This document shows positions 53,164 through 64,000 of a DNA stretch of 64,000 bases, piece by piece. The DNA is taken from contig NMRA01000217.1 of NCBI GenBank assembly GCA_002633005.1, positions 610,228-674,227 of the forward strand, written 5' to 3'. The translations under genes and the position numbers were made by a program. The DNA comes from Phoronis australis. Lineage: Eukaryota; Animalia; Phoronida. Below the pieces are notes generated by a model that worked only from the letters and a program-made list of their open reading frames with translations, did not search any database and was not told where the DNA came from. The number at the start of each line of letters is the position of its first letter. The first letter of the stretch is position 1.

Positions 53164-54601
53164 AGCGGATTTGCAGCGCAAACGAACTACACATTGCGCA
53201 TGTGCGAGTTACTTCCTGCGCGAAGGCTCATGGGATAGCTTGGGGTCAGGGATGTCTTGAGCAGGCTGGATAGTGTGTGCATTTGGAGTGATTTGCAAAC
53301 TAAATCCATGTTTCATTTTTTGCTTTATAATACAAAGCAAATAGTCTCTCTCGTTTCTAAACACAGCGTAGTTATGATCAGTGACCGTGTGACCGAGGGC
53401 ACGACTGTCGTCATGTTCAGTATTGGGGCAATCGGCGTTGATTTTGAAATCTACTCCGGTTTCAGACAAGTTGAGAGTTTTTGGGTTCCTTAACTTTTGT
53501 AGCTTTCGCGGTGGATATCCTAGAGACGTTAATTTTAAGAGGAAACTCCGTCGGAATGTTGTTCTCATACGTCTTTTTTCCACCAGGAAAATGTTCGCTG
53601 CACACACGATGGCCCCTAGACAATTACATCACACTGGATGCCGCAGGCATTCAGGGGCGATAGTATATACATCCTCATAAAAAGTTACTCATTTCAAAAA
53701 ACAGCATATAAAATCAAATGAACCATACATAGGAACACGGAGTTGTAATTAGCACATGCCACGACTCTGAATACAATTTAGTCAGCAAAACTTGAACAAA
53801 TCGATGAAAATCTGTCACGGTTTGCTCGAGTTTCTCTCAGTTACCGGGTGCCATTTTGAGGTTTTTGAAGTTACGCGAAATAACGCATGTTGACGAATAA
53901 AAAGTCCAAGGGACAAACATCTTACAAGTTTCACCCGATACCTGCTCATGCTATTTTACAGGTGCCGTACGCAATTGTCACGCGCTAGCGTCACGCGCTT
54001 CGCTCAGTCTCGCGCTAGCCTTTGCCTAACTCACGTAATTCAGTTGACATGATTTGTGGTTATCGCGCACGCGGTGATAAAATTAACGGCAACCAAAAAA
54101 GTAGAGTTGTAATTCTTCGCTAAAGTCATCTTAATTCTCACAACTAAGCTTCATCAAAGATATGTATAGAAGTAGAAAGGACCAATGATGAAAGTAAGCG
54201 TTTTTCTTCAATGCCTTTATTTTTAAGTGTAGAATGTATTTTTGACGAGGTGAAAACTCGAAATCGGTAACCCAAATCCGAGGGGATACGGGTTGCCTAC
54301 TAGAAGGCCCCGCGCTGGTTTGAATGCGCTAAATCTCCCCTTACTCCCAACTCTTATAATGTTGTTAGTCCATTTTTCACGAAGTTCTTGGTTTGCAGGG
54401 AATACATAAAAACTCAGATTAATATCTCTCTTGTTGTTTTTGAAGCAGCCAGGAACACAACAAGTGTATCCGCCGTAAGTTTTCTTCGCGCTCATACCGC
54501 GTATTATGCTTGTTACTATGGCCGCTTTCGGAATCCTGACCACAGCACCCACAATGCACCATTTTAACCTAATTTCAATATGGCGTCGCTGCAAATCCGC
54601 T
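53164..54601 (-). mobile_element. Non-autonomous TIR DNA transposon carrying a THAP-domain remnant (ISL2EU-like)
   Basis: Perfect inverted repeat caatagcggatttgcagcg (53160-53178) / cgctgcaaatccgctattg (54587-54605), consistent with an AT TSD. THAP halves CCVPGC..SFYVFP..REKW and HRVCSEHF.....PT.FP. Confidence 0.78.
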
Positions 54602-55675
54602 ATTGACATACAGTACATGTATCGCCAGGATTGTGAATGATGGCTTATCCGACCAATCAGAACACAGCATTCTTGACACACCCTCGGTTTACAAGTCGAC
54701 ATTTTACCCGACAAACAACACGTTGCCGGGTAAAAGTTATTGTTTGTTTGTCGGCATTTCGAAAGGGGGCGGAGCTTGCGATAAGTCAATGGCACCTGTT
54801 GACTATGACAAAACCAAATGGAATTCGAAGGCCACTGAAAAAGTTGACCTGTCTTACTGGTCCGCAAACAGTGTACTCCCGGAGTACTTTGCTTCAGCTT
54901 ACGCAAGCATACTTCCGGTGATGTTGTGAACGGCCTCACGAGCATGCACGCAGGTTTGAGTGAATGGACTAGGCTAGTTGAGAGGCATACCAGGTTAATT
55001 TTACAGATTGAATGAACCTGAGGTGGTACTACTGGATTATTGGTGTCATCACAGGTAAAACGTGAAACGTTAATTGCTCCCGATGGCATGCAGCAAGTTG
55101 TTCAGGAAGTGCTTGGTGGGTCACCACATTGGATAGCAGTCATATTTGTTATTGAAATACCGCGTCAAACGTTTAATGTATGAGACCTGCGGTAAAGCAT
55201 TACTAACTCGCTTTAGACCAGTCTTCTCATTGGTCAGAAAAATGAAGTGTACACATGGAAACGAGCTCATCCAGTAAACAAACAATTCTTCAATATCGAT
55301 ATCATTGCATATGCCAGGATGCTATAATGTTTTCGCAGCCACTATATGACGAGCTACTCATTCCGAAAAGCGAAGCTCATGTGCAGCAGATTGCTAAAAT
55401 GGCGAGATGCGGAGCTTAAGCATTGTAAGTCATTGCAACGCGACTTTTGTTCAAGCAACTGTATCTCCTGCAGGGAATCTCTTCGCAACTAGAACCTTTG
55501 AAGTCGAATTTTGCCTTCAGAACCAAATGAAGTCAGTGCTCAGGTATGAATTTAAAAGCTTGCAAAAGAAGATAATGGGGCTTTGGCACACTTTCGTGGG
55601 TCTCTATTTCAAGTCTCATATTTTCTTGCATTAGCTAATTCAAAATAATAAGGTGTTTGGACAACTGTAAGCCGA

Positions 55676-55696
55676 CGCACACTCACACACACACAC

Positions 55697-55735
<39 letters not shown>

Positions 55736-55741
55736 CACACA

Positions 55742-55788
<47 letters not shown>
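55676..55788. repeat. (CA)n microsatellite
   Basis: Direct reading. Confidence 0.97.
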
Positions 55789-55790
<2 letters not shown>

Positions 55791-56472
55791 AAAATTACAT
55801 GTATTTTACGAGGGCTTATTGGTGTAAGCGCATTTAAATAGGGATACTTGTACCCTTAATATTGAAATGTCCGATATACTTACAGGGGCAAACGTTGCAC
55901 ATAAATGGACATTGCAACGGTGTAGAGCCGTATTTGCCACACGTATCCAGGAACCCGGGTTCAGTACAGTGTGGCGGCTTTTTTGCTGATTTGCAGAATA
56001 CTAAAATAGCAACAAACCTATTGTAATGCTATGCTTTGAGAAAGTGATACACCGCGCTACTGCCTGGATACCTAATGATCTTCTTGATAACACATCGTGC
56101 AATTCTTTGTACTTGTTGTCTCAACGAGTCAGTAAACATCACAATTACATGTAAAAAGTGAAAGACTTGCAGCAAAGTAGGCCTCACGTCGAAAACGGGA
56201 TAGCAAAATCACTCTACCGAAAGACTTAGATGGTTCCACACTATACACGAATACACTGTACATGCGTCTACATTATGCTCATACAGTATATGTACACGTA
56301 CAGTGTATGTGTCTTCAACTGTGTTTGGATAGATTTGATATCTGGGACTCCATAACAATTTAACAGGGAGTCTCAAAACACAATCAACCCGCGGCAGTGC
56401 TAACAAGTCGCGGCATCACAACACGCAGGCACTCCTCTGCGATGAAATCCTATAACACTTCTAGTGCTACTA

Positions 56473-56709
56473 GAGGAGGCAGTGTGGCCTGGTTGATAAG
56501 TGCCCGCTTTCTTTACTCGAGGTCGTGGGTTCAAGTCCCACCAGGTCACACTGCTAAACCTTTGAGCCAGGTTTCTAGCTCCTCAGCTCGGTTTTAACCA
56601 TATATCAATAAAGCATAAAAATATTTCCAGGTGATCAGTGCAATGGGCGCACATGCGAGGCCTGCGCACGTCTGATACAACGTGTATCAGACCGCCTGCA
56701 ATAAAAAAA
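56473..56709 (+). mobile_element. tRNA-derived SINE with 11-bp TSD
   Basis: A box TGGCCTGGTTG, B box GGTTCAAGTCC, A-rich tail, TSD tagtgctacta at 56462-56472 and 56710-56720. Confidence 0.88.
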
Positions 56710-58396
56710 TAGTGCTACTAAACCAGTCAGGAGGCTTAGAAGTTTTGTTGTGCATGTCAAATGTAGTTTTGTGGATAACACCGGTGTGGTTTATCAGATA
56801 CATGTACCTTGCGGTGTGAGCCGCACTTATATAATTGGGACTGGTAGGGATCGAACTCGGGACTCGTCTTTACAAACATCACGACGATACAGAGTCTGAG
56901 GAACACCGTCCCGTAACCAGAAACGGGCTTCTCAGTCAGTGTGTCACAGCTCGGCAGTCACTGATCATATTATGTAGTTTAATTATATCATCAATTAGGA
57001 CAGTTGCAACAGGGCCTGCATGTTTTGTAATGCGACTGAAAACAAACTTTCAAAATTAAATAAAGTATGATTAGCTACCGGTTGTATAGAATCGTAAATA
57101 GCACTTTCAGTTCTGACGTTGTACTCTGCTTCCTCAAGGTTAGCGGCACTGGTTGACCTAGCGCCAGTTTTATGAAGTCTGTTGCCAGTGTTGTCATTCG
57201 GAACCGATTTTTCAAGTTTATCGCTCACGTAAAACTGAACGTGGTCCATTCTGAAGTCGGCGACGCACCCTAAATGGTCTCTCAACTGTACGCTTGAGCA
57301 ACTCTACACCGTAGAAGTCAACCGTATTAAACTGAATCTGATCACGTCCAAAGTTAAACCTGGTTGATGATCAAGTGCAGGTCTAAGGAATTTAGACATC
57401 GGTGGTGAAGTATAAACCGGCTTGAACGAGATATAAACTGTTTTTAGTTGACCACTGATCTAAAATTTAAACCGACTTGATGAAATGCACAATTATCTAA
57501 TACACCTATTCTAAGTCTAAAAACACAATTACTTTTAAACCATGTTCATGAAATCAGATGTAGCAGTCGTCAATGTGGACTATCATTAGTCAGTGATTCA
57601 TGTTCGGAACACTGAGTTTATTTGTAAACAGAACGTAAAATGGCCAATGTCTAAAAACATATACTTTCTCGATTCAAACCCAATTTACAAAAAATTGAGC
57701 AACATGTACAAAAGGAACCTCGAAGAAATAGTGCTCACTAAGGTAATCTACGTGGATGTCCGAGAACTCGAATCCGTGGCGTTCTGGTGAAAACGTCTAA
57801 ATGGGGCACATTCTATAACTTAATTTAGAAACTGCACAGCAGTTGGGTGCGTGAAATGACCGATGAAAGTCTCGTCAGTAGGTGCTCATTTTTCTGATGA
57901 ATTACTTCAAAGATTTCCACTGATCAGTCTTTAAAATTAAATTATCAGACTTAAGTTTGGCAATACTGTGCTAGACCACTACGTGTACGTCAAGGACAAA
58001 TTTCTAGCCGGTATTACTTGAATATTCTGTCGATGATATGGAGTTTAAAGTGACGTAAATGCGATTAATCGCTAAGTTATTATGAATGACCTTGCTAATT
58101 AATTTCCCTGATTTTGCCAACGCGGGTGGAGAGACACTTGTTGATATTGTGGCTCGGTGTAGCCAGCATTTTTGTGGAATCTACGGAGATGAAAGAAAGA
58201 GAGAGAAATCGAGTAGAACGTTTGGATCTAGAAATTTTGGTGATGTTCAGCTGGTTGGGAAAACTGCTGTACTTCATTGCCGTGTGCCAAATGTCAAGTA
58301 CAACGACTTTTTGCCCGCACCTGTGTTTCATAGCGTATTGCAGCAAACAAGGGCCAACGTCGAAATAACTGTTACGAGGCCATAAGGATAACTTAC

Positions 58397-58507
58397 GTTT
58401 GCAGTTGCTTTCCGGTTTATAATTATTGACACCGAAATTTGAACACTTGCACTTGCAGGTTTCCGGATCAAGGTCGCCACCATTGTAACAAAACTGTTCT
58501 TTGCAAT
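58397..58507 (-). CDS. EGF-like exon (D)CKEQFCYNGGDLDPETCKCKCSNFGVNNYKPESNCK, probably from a second CAP/CRISP paralogue
   Basis: ttatttacag acceptor, gtaagt donor, 111 bp, phase 1-1. Motif C.NGG.LD..TC.C.C. Confidence 0.85.
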
Positions 58508-61500
58508 CTGTAAATAAATGAAATAAAAAGACGATCACGATGATGAAGATTATGATACACTGACTCAATGTGTTCTATAAGAGATCTTTTATTGCCATGG
58601 AATATAAAACGATAACAACACCTTGACATGTGCCTTTGGAATTTATTGTATAAAAGCAACCGAACGGAAATGGATCATTCAATGTTTCTAAATTTTCTAA
58701 ACACACTTAACAGAGGTTTTATTTCTCTTCAATCCATGTAGCTTGTCAAGACAGTTATTTCAAGTTATTTCAAAATTCGTTTTGCAAATCATCAGGCACG
58801 AGAAACTAATAACCCATTGCCCATAGCGCTTGGAGATACTTATCTAGATACCTGAACGAAGAGAGCACAAAACTGAAATGTTTTGAAAAGTGGAATAGTC
58901 CTGCTATGTCTTCCATGACTGACCCAGTGATGGCAATCACAGTTTAAAAAATACAACCACCTTGTTTGTTACATTTACTTAACACATTTAAGCAAGGCGA
59001 GACAATCACGGCAAGTAGACCTCAGACTGATGAGGTCGTTACGGCGAAATTTGTTTCTAAGTCACAAAGAGCGCCACTTTCGAATATTACCCATACGTCA
59101 ATGACTTCTCATAGGAAGTTGCTTAAAAACAGGAACATAAATATGGTAAGATAACATATCCATTGGCAATTGTTATCGTGTTAATGCACAATTTCATAGA
59201 CGGTTACAGTGGCGGAACTGGATTCCATAAGGGGTTTCAACATCCTCGGGGGAATTGGGCAAAGCGCGATTGTATGTGCACAGGCGGCCCGAAAGTTCGG
59301 GGGTGAGGATGTACAGTAGATCTTGTGTTCATAAAATGTATTGGTGGACAAAAAAACTGCAACGCGTTTCCGCGTCTGAGCACCCCCCTTTCTTCCGCTA
59401 CCGGCCCTAGCTCCTGAACTCAATATTCAATATTTCCTCACGCTTCACGCTGCTGCTGTTTCATTTTGCTTGCGGCAGCCAAGGGGGCGGGGCCCTGCCC
59501 CTAAATCCGCCTATGGGTTAACAAAGAAAATTAGGAATGACGCCTACATTATAACCGGGCAGCTCAAAACCGATCCAGGGAGGCATCGGAAAGAGGGAAC
59601 ACCGGGGTCCTGGAATTTTGACTGGGGGACATTCGGTGCACAACATAAAGACCAGCTATTATTCAGCTTAGCAAACAACGTTAGACTACCAGCTGAGCGT
59701 GGGTAAACTTTTTTCAAGGAAGTGGCTTAGAAATTTACATGTAGGTCATCTTAGAGAATCGCTGCCGTTTTTCTGAATGAAAACGTGTTAGGATTGTTGT
59801 TAGAAGGGACATTCTTCTTGGAATTATTTCCTTCATTCAGAGCTACAGAACAACAAGTTCAATTTTGTGGACAAATCGCAAAATCTCGCGGTCAGACAGA
59901 CATTTGCCGGGATCTTTACGACTTCGACACACTTCAATATACAGTGCCAATTAACGCGTGGGACATGGCTTTAACGCAGAGCGTTTGGCAGTTATTGCAG
60001 AGCTAGTACGTTCAATTGTGCGCTACTTCTAACTGCTGAAAAAAGGGTTCATTTTTCCACGACAATGACCTTGAAATCATTATGCACTGGAGAACATTGT
60101 ACAGTACATATAAAACGCATTGCAGTTTAAGTGAACTGAAGAGAGGTCCGGTCCACAGAAAATGGAAAATGTTTGATTGTTGCGAGAAAGGGGTGATCCA
60201 CTTCAGGTCGTTCTTTACGAAAACATTGACATAACCGCGCACCTTCTGGCGCCACCTTGTGTTCGACTTAAAGCTTTGAAATTCAGGTAATCGTGAGACA
60301 CATGTTGTGTGTAAAATTTCAAATGTTCGGTCGAGTAAATAAACAAAGCCCAAAGAGTGCTTAAAACAAACAAAAGATAAACTAACACAATGAAATAGAG
60401 TATCGTGTTTTGCGAAGAATTTCGCAACGTAGAACAAAACAGAAACTGGCTGGAAAATTTGGATTAAGGTTTGACCTTTTAAACACATTTATAGTATGAA
60501 CCATTATCAGTCCTCTTCTTCACATTAGGGAACATATAATATTATCATGTCAATTTCCACAACAATCCTTAGAATGGTTATGCTGACAGAGGATAGACGC
60601 CAACATATTTGAGAGCAATAAAAATAGCCACTAGGTGGCACAAAATACCACGCATCAAACCGAAGACCGAAGAATAACGTTACTTCACTAATAGATGCCT
60701 ATTTTCCATATTTAAAATTGCCACTAGGGGCACACCGGCAGTTCGATTCGTCCGAAAATTGTCGTCGTCCGTGTTCAACTTCGTATAAATACGCCGGATA
60801 GCAAAATTTAGTAAAAATCAAGTAGAGCGTTTAGTAGCCGGGAGTTACAGTCATGGGTCCAACAACAAACAAAACTGCCCCTAAGAGGCACCGCAGTAGC
60901 CGAAGTCGGAAGGTCATCCTCAGTCATCCTGTTCAAAGTAAAACAAATAGTCAAATTTCCCAAATCATTACCTGAGCGGTTTGGTTGATAGATTAGGAAA
61001 CTATAACAGTAAAATTAGCCACCCAGTGGCGAAAATTACCTCGAATCCACCCGCAAACGGGAAGATAGCGCCATCTCACGTAACCAACAGTCGAGTTTTA
61101 TGGAAATCCGTTGAGGACTTCCGAAGATACAAAGGTAAGCGTAAAAAACTAAAATTGCCACTAGGGGCACATCGATAGTCGGAGTGGTCCTAAATTCTCC
61201 GTCATATGCCATTGTCCTTGGACTCTAAGAAGCTTAGAAATATACTTCCGTGGTTACTTTTTGGGGGCAAGATATTTTTGGTGCTTTAATGTCATTAAGC
61301 ACTATACTTTAAGAATTCAAATAATCCCAAAGTTTGTCTTGCACGTTTTCGAGAAATGTGACCTCAAAAATCTGACTTCATCGATAGCTACCAGCACGAT
61401 AAAATGTTTTCAATACTTTTTATCAGGCTACCAATTTCAAGTTCTTTAACAATATACATGTAGCACACACATATGTTATTTTCATCCACTCCATCATCAT

Positions 61501-61548
61501 TTATATCAACATTATTGTCATCAAAAGATGTTTCTTGAAACACCGTGT

Positions 61549-61945
61549 TTACATAATCTCGACAGTAAATATGGAATTCCCAACTTCAAACAAGAGTACA
61601 TTTTTCCACTTCTTATACACTGTCGAATAACATTTTCTAGACAGAGTCATCCAGTGGAACTTCAGACTATCCTGTTCCAAAAGCCACCCATTACCAACTG
61701 AAGATGGTGCATTGACATGCTGTTGCAAGGCTCGTTTGTAAATTGCACACTGGTAGTTTGCTCTTGTAGCATGTAACATTAAACAATCATGATGAGGAGG
61801 CAGAGATGATTTCATTACAAATTTCAACCTGAATATGTGGTAGCGTGCTTTGTTAACAGTTGATAATCAGTCGCCTTATATCTTGCATACAAATAGTTCA
61901 ATGTATTCCTTGAGTTGACCAGGAAACACAAATGTTGAGCCCAAC
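61549..61945 (-). pseudogene. DNA-transposon protein relic (LPP..D.L.LH..RANYQ...GW...WMT, Academ-type C-terminus)
   Basis: ORF 61549..61827 plus upstream VNKARYHIF with stops, and a decayed Cys-rich tail. Family assignment is from motif recall. Confidence 0.6.
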
Positions 61946-62926
61946 TTTAATGGTAAACTTTAAAAAATACATGTATGTCTGCAAGCGTGCACCGTACCGG
62001 AAATAGCAAATCGTTGTCAACCTGAATACCGTTTCATCTAAACACCTTGTTACAGTAATCTTTTTAACTGAAACACATAACCAAAATGCTTTTCACTTTA
62101 GCCCACAGTGTGACCAACAGGTGAAATTTCATATTATCTAAGTGTTCAGCAAAATAAGCATCATTACTAGCATTGATTGCACTGTACAGTTGCCTTCAAA
62201 CAATTTGAAACATAGAAACATTTTTATCATCCTTAATACTCAGCCCATCTGAAAATAAATGAATGGTCATGTTGGCAATACGTGTATTTTTGTTTGAAAT
62301 TGAATAGTGTCTTATTTACCGTAGAGCTAAATTTCTTTTGACGCTCCCTGTTTTAAGTAGCACATAATTGGAAGGGTAAATATGTTACTACGCTAAAAAT
62401 TCTCCAATCCAAGAATCTTCAAAATTGTGAGATACTGAAATCTGAACAACATTTGAATTTTCGACATTTATGAATTACAGAGCACGGGCAATATTTCCAT
62501 GTTTTATATTTCCCAAATTTTAAACAATGCTCATGTTTTCACATAAAAGAGGCTGAAAATAGGCTTAGCAGTTCACTCACGTGCAGGAAAAACTACTAAC
62601 AGTACCTTTTAGATTGCGACGGCTAGTACTGCAAAATTATCAAGTAAGAGATTTTTTTCTCTGGCCTAAACTAAAGATTATTTACCATAAATAACGAATT
62701 AAGCATAGGTAGCCAGACCCATTTATTATTGAATATTTGGAACTGGGAGAGGTTTTCAAATTTTCTTTTTCTTGAAGTTCCCCTGTGATTGAATTTGATT
62801 GTGGAAAATGATTCATTATGGTGGCAAGACACATACAGTACGGTAGATTTCTTTGAACACTGTTACATGTAAGAGACAGTGACAATCTCATTAATTTTCT
62901 AATGTGTTCAACATATATCCTTTATC

Positions 62927-63901
62927 TACGGTGGCCCGAAAGTATCATCGCTATTTTAGCTTGTTAATTTTCTATTTTTCCTTTTCCACCTAGGAAGAAA
63001 TATTTCAACCTAGGTGGAAATTATTTTCACCTGGGTGGAAACTATTTCAACATACACTGTAGGTGGAAACTATTTTCATTCGGGTGGAAACTATTTTCAC
63101 ACGGGTGGAAACTATTTCAATCTAGGTGGAAAATATTTTCACCCGGGTGGAAACTATTTTCACCTGCGTGGAAATTATTTCAACCTAGGTGAATACTATT
63201 TTCACCCGGGTGAAAACAATTTCCACCTAGGTTGAAATATTTCCACGCGGGTGAAAATAAATTCCACGCGAGTGAAAATAATTTCCACCTAGGTTGAAAT
63301 AATTTCCAGCCGGGGGAAAATAATTTCCAGCCGGGTGAGAATAATTTCCACCCAGGTGAAAATAATTTCCAACTCGGTCGAAATAGTTCGGACCCAGGAG
63401 AAAATAATTTCCACCTGGGTGAAAACAATTTCCACCCCGGTGAAAATAATTTCCACCTAGGTTGAAATAGTTTCCACCCGGGTGAAAATAGTTTTCACCT
63501 AGTTTGAAATAATTTCCGACCAGGTGAAAATAGTTTCCACATAGGTTGAAATAGTTTCCACCCATGTGAAAATAGTTTCCTCCCGGGTGAAAATAGTTTC
63601 CACCCAGGTGAAAATAATTTCTACACAGGTGAAAATAATTTCCACCTAGGTCGAATTAGTTTCCACCCAGGTGAAAATAGTTTCCACCCGGGTGAAAATA
63701 GTTTCCACCCAGGTGAAAATAATTTCCACCTAAGTTGAAATAGTTTCCACCCGGGGGAAAATAGTTTTCACCCAGGTGAAAATAGTTTCCACCCAGGTGA
63801 AAATAGTTTCCACCAAGGTTGAATTATTTCCAGCTAGGTGGAAAATGAAAAATGAAAAAATATTTAAACTAAAGTTGCGATGATACTTTCGGGCCATCGT
63901 A
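62927..63901. mobile_element. Foldback-type element: 25-bp TIRs, 6-bp TSD, internal 21-bp minisatellite in inverted halves
   Basis: TIR tacggtggcccgaaagtatcatcgc matches the right end at 24/25. TSD tttatc at 62921-62926 and 63902-63907. Unit ggtggaaactattttcacccg. Confidence 0.9.
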
Positions 63902-64000
63902 TTTATCAACTTGTTTTTTTCTTTTTTTTTTAAGAACTCTTTTAGTTTTTGTTACATCCGTGTCTGTAACAGTGTTTGTGATAGAAGCATGCGCGCACCC

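Noticed and set aside
56808-56960. Candidate exon following the EGF-like exon, or a tRNA gene on the minus strand
   Set aside because: The phase-1 frame hits TGA after four codons. It has a B box (GTTCGATCC) and an acceptor-like stem but no proper D arm, so at most a tRNA/SINE remnant.
63014-63840. Regular ~21-bp repeats as a CRISPR array or GGNYFH repeat protein
   Set aside because: No unique spacers, eukaryotic context, and the array is enclosed by TIRs and a TSD.

Overview
This is eukaryotic, AT-rich, repeat-dense genomic DNA, most likely from a marine invertebrate of lophotrochozoan type (inferred from the CAP exon style and frequent TACATGTA). It contains one 909-bp N gap and three single-N joins. 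The ORF track is mostly noise because the real genes are spliced. Reading GT-AG sites on the minus strand gives one multi-exon gene, open from about 31.8/32.8 kb down to 3.09 kb and probably continuing off the window. It encodes four ShKT (ShK toxin-like) domains, each on an identical 120-bp phase 1-1 exon. These are spaced by Thr-rich linkers built from about ten 18-33 bp microexons and followed by a complete CAP/SCP (CRISP-like) domain, the reverse of the usual CAP-then-ShKT order. The array grew by tandem duplication of ~4.4-kb exon+intron units. Also present on the minus strand are a signal-peptide exon with a Shisa-like C-C-CC-CC exon (42.4/40.3 kb) and an orphan EGF-like exon (58.4 kb) that probably belongs to a neighbouring CAP paralogue. 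Mobile DNA includes a 5'-truncated RLE-type (HERO-like) non-LTR retrotransposon, a THAP-bearing TIR element split by an insertion, a mini LTR element with tRNA-like LTRs, a tRNA SINE with TSD, a foldback minisatellite element and several MITEs. All gene models were built by hand and have no expression support.
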